From an uncultured bacterium (GTDB lineage Bacteria > Armatimonadota > Abditibacteriia > Abditibacteriales > Abditibacteriaceae), in assembly GCA_963843795.1 (NCBI GenBank), contig CAWJLW010000006.1, forward strand, positions 2,294,001 through 2,358,000: a stretch of 64,000 nucleotides of DNA, written 5' to 3'. Shown here in pieces: positions 1 through 9,416 of this stretch; position 1 is the stretch's first letter, and each line of letters opens with the position of its first letter. A program made the translations under genes and the position numbers. A model generated the notes under the pieces. It worked only from the letters and a program-made list of their open reading frames with translations. It searched no databases and had not been told where the DNA came from.

Positions 1-390
1 AACGCTCACGATTTCGTCTGCTGCGTTTGCGCCAAACCCAATACTCAGTAACAATTGTGTCGCCTTCATCATAGCACATTTTTTTCGCTGGTTCACAACT
101 AACAGCAAATTTTTAGATTTCAACCCTGCTTTTTCCATCTCAGTTGCAACACGGGCGCTTGTAATGAAAATGGCGAATTTAAGTGAATTTGCAAAGGCCC
201 CATTGAAAGAAAATTTCCGTTACAGACAAATCCTCTCTTTTCTTTTATCCACAGGCGACGCCAATTTTGAGAACACGCTCTCAATCCTTCGCAATAAAAC
301 TATAAAACTCGCGTTGCAAGTACTTGCAGGGCACACGATTTAGCTCAATCGCTCCATGCGCGGCGCGATGCATAAATTCGATGCATGATT

Positions 391-1827
391 TCAAGCATGA
401 TTTTCGTGATGGCCTTCTTTATCCGGCGGCAACTGCAAACGCAACGCGATAATACGCAGACGATCGATTTCTTCGACCAACAGATGCGCGCCATTAATTT
501 CAACCTCATCGCCCACCTGCGCCGGTCGTCCCAATTCGTTCATCACCAATCCGGCCACGGTATCGACCTCATCCGAGCGAAAGCCCAAGCCATAAAGCTC
601 GTTCAGTTCGTCGATTAAAACGCGACCGCGCAAACGAATTGTGCCATCTTCGCGTTGGACGATTTCGGGGTCGGGCGCATCGAATTCGTCCTGCACATCA
701 CCAAACACTTGATGCAACAAATCTCCCATCGTGACCAAGCCCGACGTGCCGCCATACTCGTCGATGACAATTGCCATCTGTTGTTGCCGGCCTTTGAATT
801 CGGTCAGTAAACGATCAATGGTAATGGTTTCGGGCACGCGCGGCGCCTCGCGTAACAACGGCATCAGGTTTATTTTGGCTTCGGGTTCAGCATCGCCATG
901 CGGGAGGGTGCTTTCAAAACGCACCAGGTCGCGCAAATGGGCAATGCCCAGAATTTCATCGACCGTGCCGTGATAAACCGGAACGCGTGTGTGCGGTTCG
1001 CTGCGCAAATAATCTAAAAATTCTGCGCGTGTCATTTCGACCGGTAGGGCTTTCATCTCGACGCGCGGCAGCATTGTTTCGCGCGCGGTGATTTCCGAAA
1101 ACTTGACCACGCGATGCAACAATTCGCGCTCGGTCGCAGTAAGCTGACCCCCTTCATGGGCCTGCGTGAACAAAATATCGAGTTCTTCAGGTGAATGTAC
1201 CGAACTGTGTTCGCCGCTGGAATGGATGCCGATGCGGCGCAGCAGAAAATTGCCCGTGCCATTGAGCATCCAAATGAGCGGCGTGAACAAGCGTGCGAAC
1301 AACAGCATCGGGCGCGCGATAATCAGCGTGGTCGATTCGGTTTTGGTAAGCGCGATAGATTTTGGCATCAATTCGCCGACGATGACGTGCAGCGCCGTCA
1401 TCACGAAATAAGCCAATCCAATCGCTACCACGCCGCGCGTGAGACCGCCGCCCGTTTCAGGCAAAAACCCAAACAGCGGTTCGAACAGTTGATGAAAAGT
1501 GCGTTCGCCGATGCCGCCTAATAACAGCGAAGCGACGGTGATGCCGACTTGAGTGGCCGCAATGTAACGATCTAAATCGCGCACGGCACGCTGTACCAAA
1601 ACAGCGGATGCGTTGCCTTCGGCGGCCATCTGGTCGATGCGCGTGCGGCGCACTGCGACCAGGGAGAATTCGGAGGCCACAAAAAAACCGTTCAATAACA
1701 CCAAAAACAGCACGATGCCCAGCGAAACGGCCATCTGCTGAGGCGTCATGTGTTCGACAACGCTGGCTGCCTGAGTAGCGGCGTGAGTCGCGTCGGAAGC
1801 GGATAAAGGAGGTTGGTCAGATGCCAT
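391..1827 (-). CDS. Hemolysin-family (HlyC/CorC, CNNM-CBS-CorC) membrane protein
   Basis: LNGFFVASEFSLV and VIVGELMPKSIA (CNNM/DUF21), a CBS pair with VIDEYGGTSGLVT, and a C-terminal CorC_HlyC domain. Start uncertain. Confidence 0.92.
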   Translation of the reverse strand: MASDQPPLSASDATHAATQAASVVEHMTPQQMAVSLGIVLFLVLLNGFFVASEFSLVAVRRTRIDQMAAEGNASAVLVQRAVRDLDRYIAATQVGITVASLLLGGIGERTFHQLFEPLFGFLPETGGGLTRGVVAIGLAYFVMTALHVIVGELMPKSIALTKTESTTLIIARPMLLFARLFTPLIWMLNGTGNFLLRRIGIHSSGEHSSVHSPEELDILFTQAHEGGQLTATERELLHRVVKFSEITARETMLPRVEMKALPVEMTRAEFLDYLRSEPHTRVPVYHGTVDEILGIAHLRDLVRFESTLPHGDAEPEAKINLMPLLREAPRVPETITIDRLLTEFKGRQQQMAIVIDEYGGTSGLVTMGDLLHQVFGDVQDEFDAPDPEIVQREDGTIRLRGRVLIDELNELYGLGFRSDEVDTVAGLVMNELGRPAQVGDEVEINGAHLLVEEIDRLRIIALRLQLPPDKEGHHENHA

Positions 1828-1911
1828 GAAAATTGTCGCGTCTGGCTCGATGCACTGCGCACGTACTTGCAGCGAGTATGTATGTGCGCAGTGCATCGAA
1901 ACTTAAAACAA

Positions 1912-1963
1912 AAAATGCGAAATGCGTCCGGCGGAAAATTCCGCGTTTAGCATTCCGCATTTT
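1912..1963 (-). terminator. Imperfect hairpin downstream of tRNA-Thr
   Basis: AAAATGCGAAATGC ... GCATTCCGCATTTT inverted repeat, followed by a T-run on the minus strand. Confidence 0.5.
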
Positions 1964-1968
1964 GAAAA

Positions 1969-2045
1969 TGGAGCCGCCTGCCGGAATCGAACCGGCGACC
2001 TTCTCATTACGAGTGAGACGCTCTACCAACTGAGACTAAGGCGGC
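1969..2045 (-). tRNA. tRNA-Thr (CGT), CCA encoded, one extra base before the D-stem
   Basis: Reverse complement reads GCCGCCT TAGTCTCAGTTGGTAGAGC G TCTCA CT-CGT-AA TGAGA AGGTC GCCGG TTCGATT CCGGC AGGCGGC TCCA. Confidence 0.93.
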
Positions 2046-2103
2046 CAACGCCCCTCTATTTTAGCGACAACACAAACCGCTTGCAAGGGCAAATCGCTGC
2101 AAC

Positions 2104-2139
2104 GAATTTTCCGCTGCAAGTACTTGCAGCGGAAAATTC
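2104..2139. terminator. 36-bp perfect palindrome centred on the iterated motif; likely terminator of the hydrolase gene
   Basis: GAATTTTCCGCTGCAAGT|ACTTGCAGCGGAAAATTC lies just past the stop of 2146..2949(-). Confidence 0.6.
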
Positions 2140-2145
2140 ATTCGT

Positions 2146-2949
2146 TCAATTCGCGAAAATTTCATCAAAGAAATTTTTCATCGCTTCCCATGAACGTTTA
2201 TCGGCCTGCGCGTTATAAGCCGCGCCTTTACTCGGATCGTCGCCCGCTCGCGGATCGGTAAATGCGTGAACCGCGCCGCCGTAAGCATTGATCTGGTAAT
2301 TTACTTTCGCATCGCGCATTTCTTTTTGAAACGCCGCGACCTGTTCGTTAGGCACGCTTGGGTCTTCGGCGCCGTGCAGCACCAAAACTTTGCCTTTGAT
2401 ATTCTTGGCGTCATCGGGATTGGGCGTATCCAAATTACCATGAAACGGCGCTGTGCCAACGACATTCGCGCCCGAACGCGCCAGTTCTAAGGCCACGCCG
2501 CCGCCGAAACAGTAACCGATTGCCGCAATTTTACTGGCATCGACGTTCGGATTATCGGCAAGTACTTGCAGGCCCGCAGCGGCGCGCTGGCGCATCAGTT
2601 CGCGATTGGCGCGATATTTTCCGGCTTGCTCTCCGGCTTCTTGGCGATTGGTTGGGCGCACCCCTTTGCCATAAATATCAGCGGCGAACGCGATATAGCC
2701 CAGCGCCGCCAATTCGCGCGCGCGACGCTGTTCGTATTCGCTCAAACCCATCCACGCATGTACCACCAGAACGCCGGGACGCTTGCCCCCAATCGCATCG
2801 TCGTAAGCCAGATAACCTTCCAAAACAGTGTTGCCCTGTTTATATTCGACCAGCCGTTCTTGAATTGTTGCGTGTGCAGATTTGCTCAACACATTCGCGC
2901 TCAAACTCATCACAGCAGCGATGCCCAGAGCGGCCATTTGATTTTTCAT
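2146..2949 (-). CDS. Dienelactone hydrolase family protein with signal peptide
   Basis: G-Y-C-F-G-G nucleophile elbow, HGAED and AVHAF motifs, N-terminal signal-like segment. Confidence 0.92.
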   Translation of the reverse strand: MKNQMAALGIAAVMSLSANVLSKSAHATIQERLVEYKQGNTVLEGYLAYDDAIGGKRPGVLVVHAWMGLSEYEQRRARELAALGYIAFAADIYGKGVRPTNRQEAGEQAGKYRANRELMRQRAAAGLQVLADNPNVDASKIAAIGYCFGGGVALELARSGANVVGTAPFHGNLDTPNPDDAKNIKGKVLVLHGAEDPSVPNEQVAAFQKEMRDAKVNYQINAYGGAVHAFTDPRAGDDPSKGAAYNAQADKRSWEAMKNFFDEIFAN

Positions 2950-3001
2950 ATTTTTCCTTTAATTTCACGTTGCAAGTACTTGCAGCACATTCCTAACAGT
3001 T

Positions 3002-3982
3002 TTACGGCGCGATTTGCCACAACGGAGCGGGCGTGCCTTCGCTCGACAGCCACAAACATTTGCTATCCAAATTCCACGCTACGCTTTCGCATTGTTTGAG
3101 CGCAGGCAGCTTTTGAATTTGCGGAGTTTGCGTCCACAGCGCTGACCAATCGTCACCCAATTTCCAAACCTGCGCTTGGTTGTAGGTGATGATAGCGGCG
3201 TGCGTGCCATCCGGCGACAAATCGCCGCCCGTCGTGAGCGTTGCGCCCGCGCTGCGTTGGCCGGGTTGGGTCGAACCAAACTGACGCGCGCCCAACAGTT
3301 TCACGGTTTGCGTTGTGCCATTTTCAAATGCTCGCGGAGGCGCAAAAAACTGCGATTTGCCTCCAGTTTTCGTGACCAGCAACAGTTCGCCGCGCGCATT
3401 GGCCATCAAAGTTTCGGCGTTATGAGGCGCGTCGGGATAACGCACCATCATGCTTTGCGCTTTTAAATTCAGTTCGATAGTTTGTTTTAATTGGAGATTG
3501 ATTTTAGGTTCGTTCAAGCGGTAAATCGTGACGAAAGGCCGCAATTCCAAATTATCGCCGATGTCGCCGATATAAATTTGCGCCTTATCGCCACTGCCAG
3601 CAACCGCAATATCTTCCCAATCCAGCGCCATCGCATTTGTCAAATTCACAATCGCCGCCACGCGCCCAGTTTGCGCTTCAATCAAAAACAAGCGCGCCTT
3701 ATCGCCCGAATCGTTATGCGCCCACAAGAATCCCGGATAACGCCGACTGCTCGCCAAACCCGAAATTTCATCACAGCGTTTGTCAGTAATATCGGCAACG
3801 TGGCGCGGCAAATCTTCAACCGCAACGGTTGGCACGATTGCTGGCGCTGTCGTTTTCGCGGCAGATTTGGGCGCCGAAGGCAAGGTGTCGGCTTTGGGCG
3901 CCGAAGGCAAAGTGTCGGCGCACGAAAATGATGCGCTGAGGAAAAGCGGCAAAAGCCATAATGAAAACTCGAATCGTTTCAT
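3002..3982 (-). CDS. Secreted putative beta-propeller protein
   Basis: Signal-like N-terminus and EISGLASS/WAHNDSG/DWEDIA/GDIGDN/NAETL motifs of a conserved hypothetical family; start set at MKRFEF. Confidence 0.7.
   Translation of the reverse strand: MKRFEFSLWLLPLFLSASFSCADTLPSAPKADTLPSAPKSAAKTTAPAIVPTVAVEDLPRHVADITDKRCDEISGLASSRRYPGFLWAHNDSGDKARLFLIEAQTGRVAAIVNLTNAMALDWEDIAVAGSGDKAQIYIGDIGDNLELRPFVTIYRLNEPKINLQLKQTIELNLKAQSMMVRYPDAPHNAETLMANARGELLLVTKTGGKSQFFAPPRAFENGTTQTVKLLGARQFGSTQPGQRSAGATLTTGGDLSPDGTHAAIITYNQAQVWKLGDDWSALWTQTPQIQKLPALKQCESVAWNLDSKCLWLSSEGTPAPLWQIAP
3866..3919 (-). repeat. 27-bp tandem duplication encoding ADTLPSAPK twice
   Basis: tttgggcgccgaaggcaaggtgtcggc followed by tttgggcgccgaaggcaaagtgtcggc (1 mismatch). 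Confidence 0.9.
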
Positions 3983-4215
3983 GACTTTTAGTATGTCTGC
4001 AAATGCGAAGAAGCGGCTGCAAGTACTTGCAGCGCGCTCTAGCCGACAAAATTGATAAAATATGAAGCGCAACGTTCGATTGAGCGTTGCGCTTTCGTTA
4101 TTCGCATTTGGTCATCAATTCGTTGTCACATTGTGACTTTTTGTGTTCCTCGCCGTTTTCGTTTAGCTGTTTTCAGCTTCCGATCAGCCATTATTTTGTT
4201 CTCATGGGAGAAACC

Positions 4216-7200
4216 ATGCAGTTGCGCTTTGCCGCTTTGTTGGCGGCTTTTTTGTCCGTGTCCACTTCGTATGTCGCGCGGGCGCAAACCAAGCCCAAAA
4301 ACCCCGTTCCTTTAGAAAACCGCGCCGAAGCGCAAAGCATTGTCAAACAATTGCTCCAAGAAGGCCGCATTATCGACCCGAAAACCGTGAAACGCGGAAT
4401 GCGTGGCGTGGCCAAAAGCGTGTTTCAGGGCACCAAAATCGAAGAATTTCCCATCGAAGTGCTGGGCAATTTATCGAACGCTAACGGCGGCGGCGACATC
4501 ATTCTCATCAAAGTGCTGGGCGGCCCGGTCGTTAAGCGCCAATCGGGCATTATTGCGGGCATGAGCGGCAGTCCGGTTTATATCAACGGCAAAATGCTGG
4601 GCGCGATTGCGCTGGGTTGGGGCTTTCCCAAAGAACCTATCGGCGGAGTTACACCCGTCACGCAGATGATCGAATCTGCTCTACCCAACAGCCCGAATTC
4701 TAAACCCAAAACTGCCGCAACATTCACTGCTCCCAAAATTGCAGGCATTAACGGAACCAGTTTCAGCGATTCTTACAAGCCGGATCTACCGCTGAAATTA
4801 GCGGGCAAAAGTATCGCGCGCGTGGAAATTTCGCGCGACAAAAAGCGTCTGGCGCTACGCGGACCGGATGATAATGCGACGATGACCATGCGACCGGTTT
4901 CGACATTATTGCAGTTGAACGGTTTTTCCGAGGCGTCATTGCCGCGTTTACAAAAATTGTTCGAACCGTATGGCGTCGAGCCTGTTTTGGGCATTCCGTC
5001 CAAGAAAACCGGCGTCAAGGCGAATTTGGAACCGGGCGCGGCGATTGGCGTGCAGTTGGTTTCGGGCGATATGGATCAAACTGCGGTCGGCACGGTTACG
5101 TTTCGCTGGGGGCGGCGCTTGTTAGCTTTTGGTCACCCGATGTTTGGTCAGGGCACGGCAAGTTTGCCGATGACGACGAGCTATATTCACGAGATTTTTC
5201 CATCTTATCAGCGCTCCTTCAAATTGGCTTCACCAATTGATACCGTAGGCGCGCTACAACAGGACACGCAGTTCGCGATTGGCGGTACGGTCGGCAGCAA
5301 GGCCGATACGATTCCGATGTCGATTGCGATTCAGCAGCCGGATCGTCAGATCGCCAAAACTTATCATGTGCGCGTGATGAAAGATCCGATTCTCACGCCG
5401 CAGCTATTGGCGAGCGTGGCGGGCGAAGCGATTGAAACCACTTTGGGTCAGAGCAGCGACAAAATGGTGAACGTCGGTCTGAGCATGAAAATCGACGGCG
5501 CGCAAACCGTCAAGCGTCATAATCTGATGTATGCTCAGGGCGCAATTACCGGTGCGGCGCTGAATGATTTGCTGCAAACGCTGTCGCTTTCACAATCGAA
5601 CGAATGGACGCGTGGCAGCATTTCTCGTGTCGATCTGACAGTTTTAGTCGAACCCAAACGCCGCACCGCGACCATTAAAACCATCACCGCCGACCGGAAC
5701 AAAGTCAAAGCAGGCGAAACGGTTGGTGTACGCGTCGATCTGGAGCCGACCGATGCGCCGGGCCAGATTATCTCCAAGAATTTTCAGTTCACCGTGCCTG
5801 CAGACGCACCCAATGGCGTTTTGAGAATTGGCGCGAGCCTGGCAGCCAATTATTGGAATATGCAAGTGCGCGTTGGCGGCGCACCGCCCGACCCGACCAA
5901 CCTGCCGCAGTTATTGCAAGCGTGGGATAAAGTTGGGCCGATGAACGAACTGTTAGTTGTCGCTTCGACGCCGCGCCGCTATCTCAAAGTGGGTCAGCGA
6001 AAAATCGAAGACGTGCCGCCGACGTTTGCGACTTTGATGAAAACTGCGCCGATTAGCGAAGTCGGTTTGTATAACGAAGTCGAAGTGCGGCGCGAAGACA
6101 CCGATTTCATGCTCGATGGCACGCAGCTTTTGCTGTTGCCAGTAACCAGCGCGCGCCAACCCGACAGTTCAACCACGCCAGCCAACGAAAATCCGGTCGC
6201 GGTGCCACCCAGCGATGCACTGCCCGGAGGCGAAGTTTCAACCCAAGCGCCCGAAGTTCCAGGCGCGGTCGATCCCGGCGATGGCACACCCGATCCCGGC
6301 GGCCCCAATGACCCGAACAACGATCCCGGCGATGACAACGATGTCATGTCGCAGAACGCGATGTTTGCCAGTTGGCGCGCGGACGCAGACAACAGTTTTG
6401 TTCCAAAATCGGCGCGTTTTATCAGCCAAATTAAAGCTCTGCAGGCGCAAAGTCAGCAGGCACAAATGTGGCAGCGGCGCGTGCAAGTACTTGCAGCGCG
6501 CGGCGCGGGCGCGTTGGACGTGCGCACCGTTCTAAGCGAACGCAATCAATTGAAAATGCGCGCCACTAAAACGAAGAACAATGCAGAAGTCGATTCCGAG
6601 CCGCAGCAAATTTTGAATCCGACGCCGACGCCAATTCCCACGCCGACCAAAGCTCCTGCTGCGCCGGGCGTTGGCCCGTTGCAAACCCCAACGCCTTCAG
6701 CGACTGCGACCGCTACGCCCATTCCCACGCCGAGCAGCAAAACGCTGGCGCGCCCGTCTCAATCTTGGGTGCAAACACCTACCGATTTTTTGCGCGGCCA
6801 GTTCGATGGCTCGCAGGTTTCGAGCGCGGGCCGTTTGCAAATCGCGCCCGCTTCGAAGTTGCTTATTAAAACGTCGGAACCTTTCGTATGGAGCGTAACC
6901 GCCGACACCAAGGGCAACACGTTTTTGGCGCTCACCAATCCGGCGCGCATCGTGAAAATTGCGCCCGATGGCGCTTCGACGACCTTATGGCGCGGCGATG
7001 ACCTGGCGGTTTCAGCCATGACCAGCGACAAAGCTGGCAACATTTACGCGGGCCTGACGCCTTCGGGCAATGTGCTGCGCATCGCTCCCGATGGTAGCGC
7101 GATTTCCATTCTAAACACGCGCCAAAGTTTTGTGGGCGCGCTGGAGTGGGATGCAAAAAATCGTTTGTTAATCGGGAGCGGCGGAACAGAAGGCAAACTT

Positions 7201-9018
7201 TTCCGCCTTGATGATCCGCAGAGCGCTGGTGCGATGCAGGCTGGCAACCGCACACCGTTTGTGACCGTGCCGCAGAAGCAGGTGCGTTCGATCGCCGCGC
7301 GCGGTGAGGATATTTTCCTCGGCACTGGCGGCGAAGCGGTGCTTTATCGGATTGATGCATCAGGCAAAACGCAAGCGCTGTATCAGATAGGTGACCGCGC
7401 CAAAGACACTTCGGGCATCGAAATTTTAGGCGTGGCCGCAACAGAAAACGGTATTTTCTTCGGCGCTTCGGATAGCGGAACCATTTATCGCTGGACGGAG
7501 GCAGAAGGCGCCTCAGCGTTTTATCCTTCGCCCCAGCAACGCATTTTCGCGCTGCGCGCCGCGCCCAGCGGCAAGTTCTACGTCGCGACCGGCGATAAAG
7601 GCGTTGTTTATGAAATTGATCCGGGTCGCACCGCAGGCGAAAGCAAAGCCGCGCGACTTCTGGAACCGCCGCCCACGCAATCGCTCGCGCTCGACATTGC
7701 GCCCGACGGCTCGCTTCTGGTCGGAACGGGCAACGTGGGCAGCGTGTATCGCGTCGCACTGAAAGACGAACAAAAGGGCGCTTTCACTTCCACGGTTTTT
7801 GATGCCAAAAGTGTGGTTCAATGGGGCGCGTTGCGCGAAATCGGACGCGACGTTTCCATCGAAACGCGTTCGGGCAACACACTCGATCCGGGCGCGGAAT
7901 GGAGCGACTGGCAAGCAGTTAGCGCCGGTGGTGCGAACCAGTTCAAAGTTGTTTCACCGCCCGCACGTTATCTACAATATCGTGCTGAATTGAAGCCCAA
8001 TGGCAAAGCCAACGACGAAGACAACGCGGCGAGCCTTTCGCGCGTCGAAGTAGTTTATCGCGCCAAAAACAGCGCGCCTGTGGTAGCGATGGCACTGCCC
8101 AAAGGCGGCGAATTCTGGAGCGGCAAAGAAAAATTGGTGTGGGCCGGACAAGATCCCGATAACGACACGCTACGCTATAAACTGTGGCTTTCGAGCGATG
8201 ATGGCGCGACATGGAAAAGCGTCAAGATGAATAAAACCACCGACACCAACTTTGAACTTGATACCACACAGTATCCCGATGGCACTTATCGCGCGAAGCT
8301 CGAAGGCAGCGATGCGGCGCGCAATCCCGACGATCCCCAAAGCGACCAGACTATTTCCCTTCCCTTCGTCATCGACAACGGCACGCCCAAAATCAGCGAT
8401 ACAAATTTGGTTGCCACCGACGACGGTTGGAAACTGAGCGCCGTCGCCTCCAACAATTTGTCGCCCATCGCTGGCGCAGTGTGGCGCTGGAAACCAATCG
8501 ATGAAGACGAAAAAAATGATGGCAGCGGAAAAGATGATGAGAAAGGCGACGTGAAATCGGATTCTGACGAGGCCAGCAAAGTTGAAGCTGCCAAAGTCGA
8601 TGATGCTAAAATCGAAGTCGCCAAAACGGCAACTGCTAAGCTAGCCGGAAACAAGACAGTTGTTAAAGCCGCAGACAACAAAGCACCTGGCCAAAAAGCA
8701 GATGTAGCGACTCCCAAATCGAACGAAGCCAAGCCAGTCGAAAATAAAACAATTGAAACAAAACCGACTGAAACAAAACCGACTGAAACCAAGCCGGTCG
8801 AAGCCAAAAAGGTAGAACCAAAGACCGTCAAGAAGGAAGACGACGAAGATTGGAACGCCCTGATCGCAGCCGATGGTTTGTTCGATAGCTTGCGCGAAGT
8901 CATTATGGGCATTGTAACGCGCGACGATGCGCCAAAAGAAAAGAACGAGCAGCAAATTGAAATTCGCGTACAAAGCGCTTCAGGAAAAACCCAGACCATA
9001 ACAATTCCAGTTCCCTGA
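4216..9018 (+). CDS. Large secreted SpoIVB-type peptidase S55 domain protein with C-terminal beta-propeller and Ig-like regions
   Basis: GIIAGMSGSPVYINGKMLGA (S55 motif), AFGHPMF, Pro/Thr-rich linkers, repeated propeller blades, Lys/Glu-rich insert near the end; GGAG upstream of ATG 4216. Confidence 0.85.
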   Translation: MQLRFAALLAAFLSVSTSYVARAQTKPKNPVPLENRAEAQSIVKQLLQEGRIIDPKTVKRGMRGVAKSVFQGTKIEEFPIEVLGNLSNANGGGDIILIKVLGGPVVKRQSGIIAGMSGSPVYINGKMLGAIALGWGFPKEPIGGVTPVTQMIESALPNSPNSKPKTAATFTAPKIAGINGTSFSDSYKPDLPLKLAGKSIARVEISRDKKRLALRGPDDNATMTMRPVSTLLQLNGFSEASLPRLQKLFEPYGVEPVLGIPSKKTGVKANLEPGAAIGVQLVSGDMDQTAVGTVTFRWGRRLLAFGHPMFGQGTASLPMTTSYIHEIFPSYQRSFKLASPIDTVGALQQDTQFAIGGTVGSKADTIPMSIAIQQPDRQIAKTYHVRVMKDPILTPQLLASVAGEAIETTLGQSSDKMVNVGLSMKIDGAQTVKRHNLMYAQGAITGAALNDLLQTLSLSQSNEWTRGSISRVDLTVLVEPKRRTATIKTITADRNKVKAGETVGVRVDLEPTDAPGQIISKNFQFTVPADAPNGVLRIGASLAANYWNMQVRVGGAPPDPTNLPQLLQAWDKVGPMNELLVVASTPRRYLKVGQRKIEDVPPTFATLMKTAPISEVGLYNEVEVRREDTDFMLDGTQLLLLPVTSARQPDSSTTPANENPVAVPPSDALPGGEVSTQAPEVPGAVDPGDGTPDPGGPNDPNNDPGDDNDVMSQNAMFASWRADADNSFVPKSARFISQIKALQAQSQQAQMWQRRVQVLAARGAGALDVRTVLSERNQLKMRATKTKNNAEVDSEPQQILNPTPTPIPTPTKAPAAPGVGPLQTPTPSATATATPIPTPSSKTLARPSQSWVQTPTDFLRGQFDGSQVSSAGRLQIAPASKLLIKTSEPFVWSVTADTKGNTFLALTNPARIVKIAPDGASTTLWRGDDLAVSAMTSDKAGNIYAGLTPSGNVLRIAPDGSAISILNTRQSFVGALEWDAKNRLLIGSGGTEGKLFRLDDPQSAGAMQAGNRTPFVTVPQKQVRSIAARGEDIFLGTGGEAVLYRIDASGKTQALYQIGDRAKDTSGIEILGVAATENGIFFGASDSGTIYRWTEAEGASAFYPSPQQRIFALRAAPSGKFYVATGDKGVVYEIDPGRTAGESKAARLLEPPPTQSLALDIAPDGSLLVGTGNVGSVYRVALKDEQKGAFTSTVFDAKSVVQWGALREIGRDVSIETRSGNTLDPGAEWSDWQAVSAGGANQFKVVSPPARYLQYRAELKPNGKANDEDNAASLSRVEVVYRAKNSAPVVAMALPKGGEFWSGKEKLVWAGQDPDNDTLRYKLWLSSDDGATWKSVKMNKTTDTNFELDTTQYPDGTYRAKLEGSDAARNPDDPQSDQTISLPFVIDNGTPKISDTNLVATDDGWKLSAVASNNLSPIAGAVWRWKPIDEDEKNDGSGKDDEKGDVKSDSDEASKVEAAKVDDAKIEVAKTATAKLAGNKTVVKAADNKAPGQKADVATPKSNEAKPVENKTIETKPTETKPTETKPVEAKKVEPKTVKKEDDEDWNALIAADGLFDSLREVIMGIVTRDDAPKEKNEQQIEIRVQSASGKTQTITIPVP

Positions 9019-9022
9019 ACCT

Positions 9023-9068
9023 TTAGCAAACGACCCGGTGCACAGTTGTGCACCGGGTCGTTTGCTAA
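9023..9068 (+). terminator. Long hairpin with 22-bp arms; intrinsic terminator candidate
   Basis: TTAGCAAACGACCCGGTGCACA-GT-TGTGCACCGGGTCGTTTGCTAA directly after the stop at 9018. Confidence 0.75.
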
Positions 9069-9416
9069 GTGCTTATCACGTTGGCAAGTACTTGCTAACG
9101 TGCGTTAATGATTTTCAAAAGTACAAAAGGCTACAATCGCCTGAATTCTGCGCAATAAAAGCCGGCATAAAATTGTCGTGAAGGTCGTTTTTATCAAAAG
9201 AGGCTCTTTGTGGCTTGGCTGCCACAATCAATTATCAAGCGACGCCGGACCACTTCTTGCAATAAATAACGCGGCTTACAATGAAGCCAATATTCGCCTG
9301 CGAATCACTTCTGCACAGTGTTGCTTGAATTCTTGCTCATTTATCTGTAAGCGTCTTTATCTGCTTCTCTTCCTGCTCCTGTCGCACCTTATAGTTTCGA
9401 AACTGGGCGCTACTGG

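Noticed and set aside
1..138. Possible 5' end of a minus-strand CDS running off the window
   Set aside because: An open frame of about 46 codons exists but has no recognisable motif.
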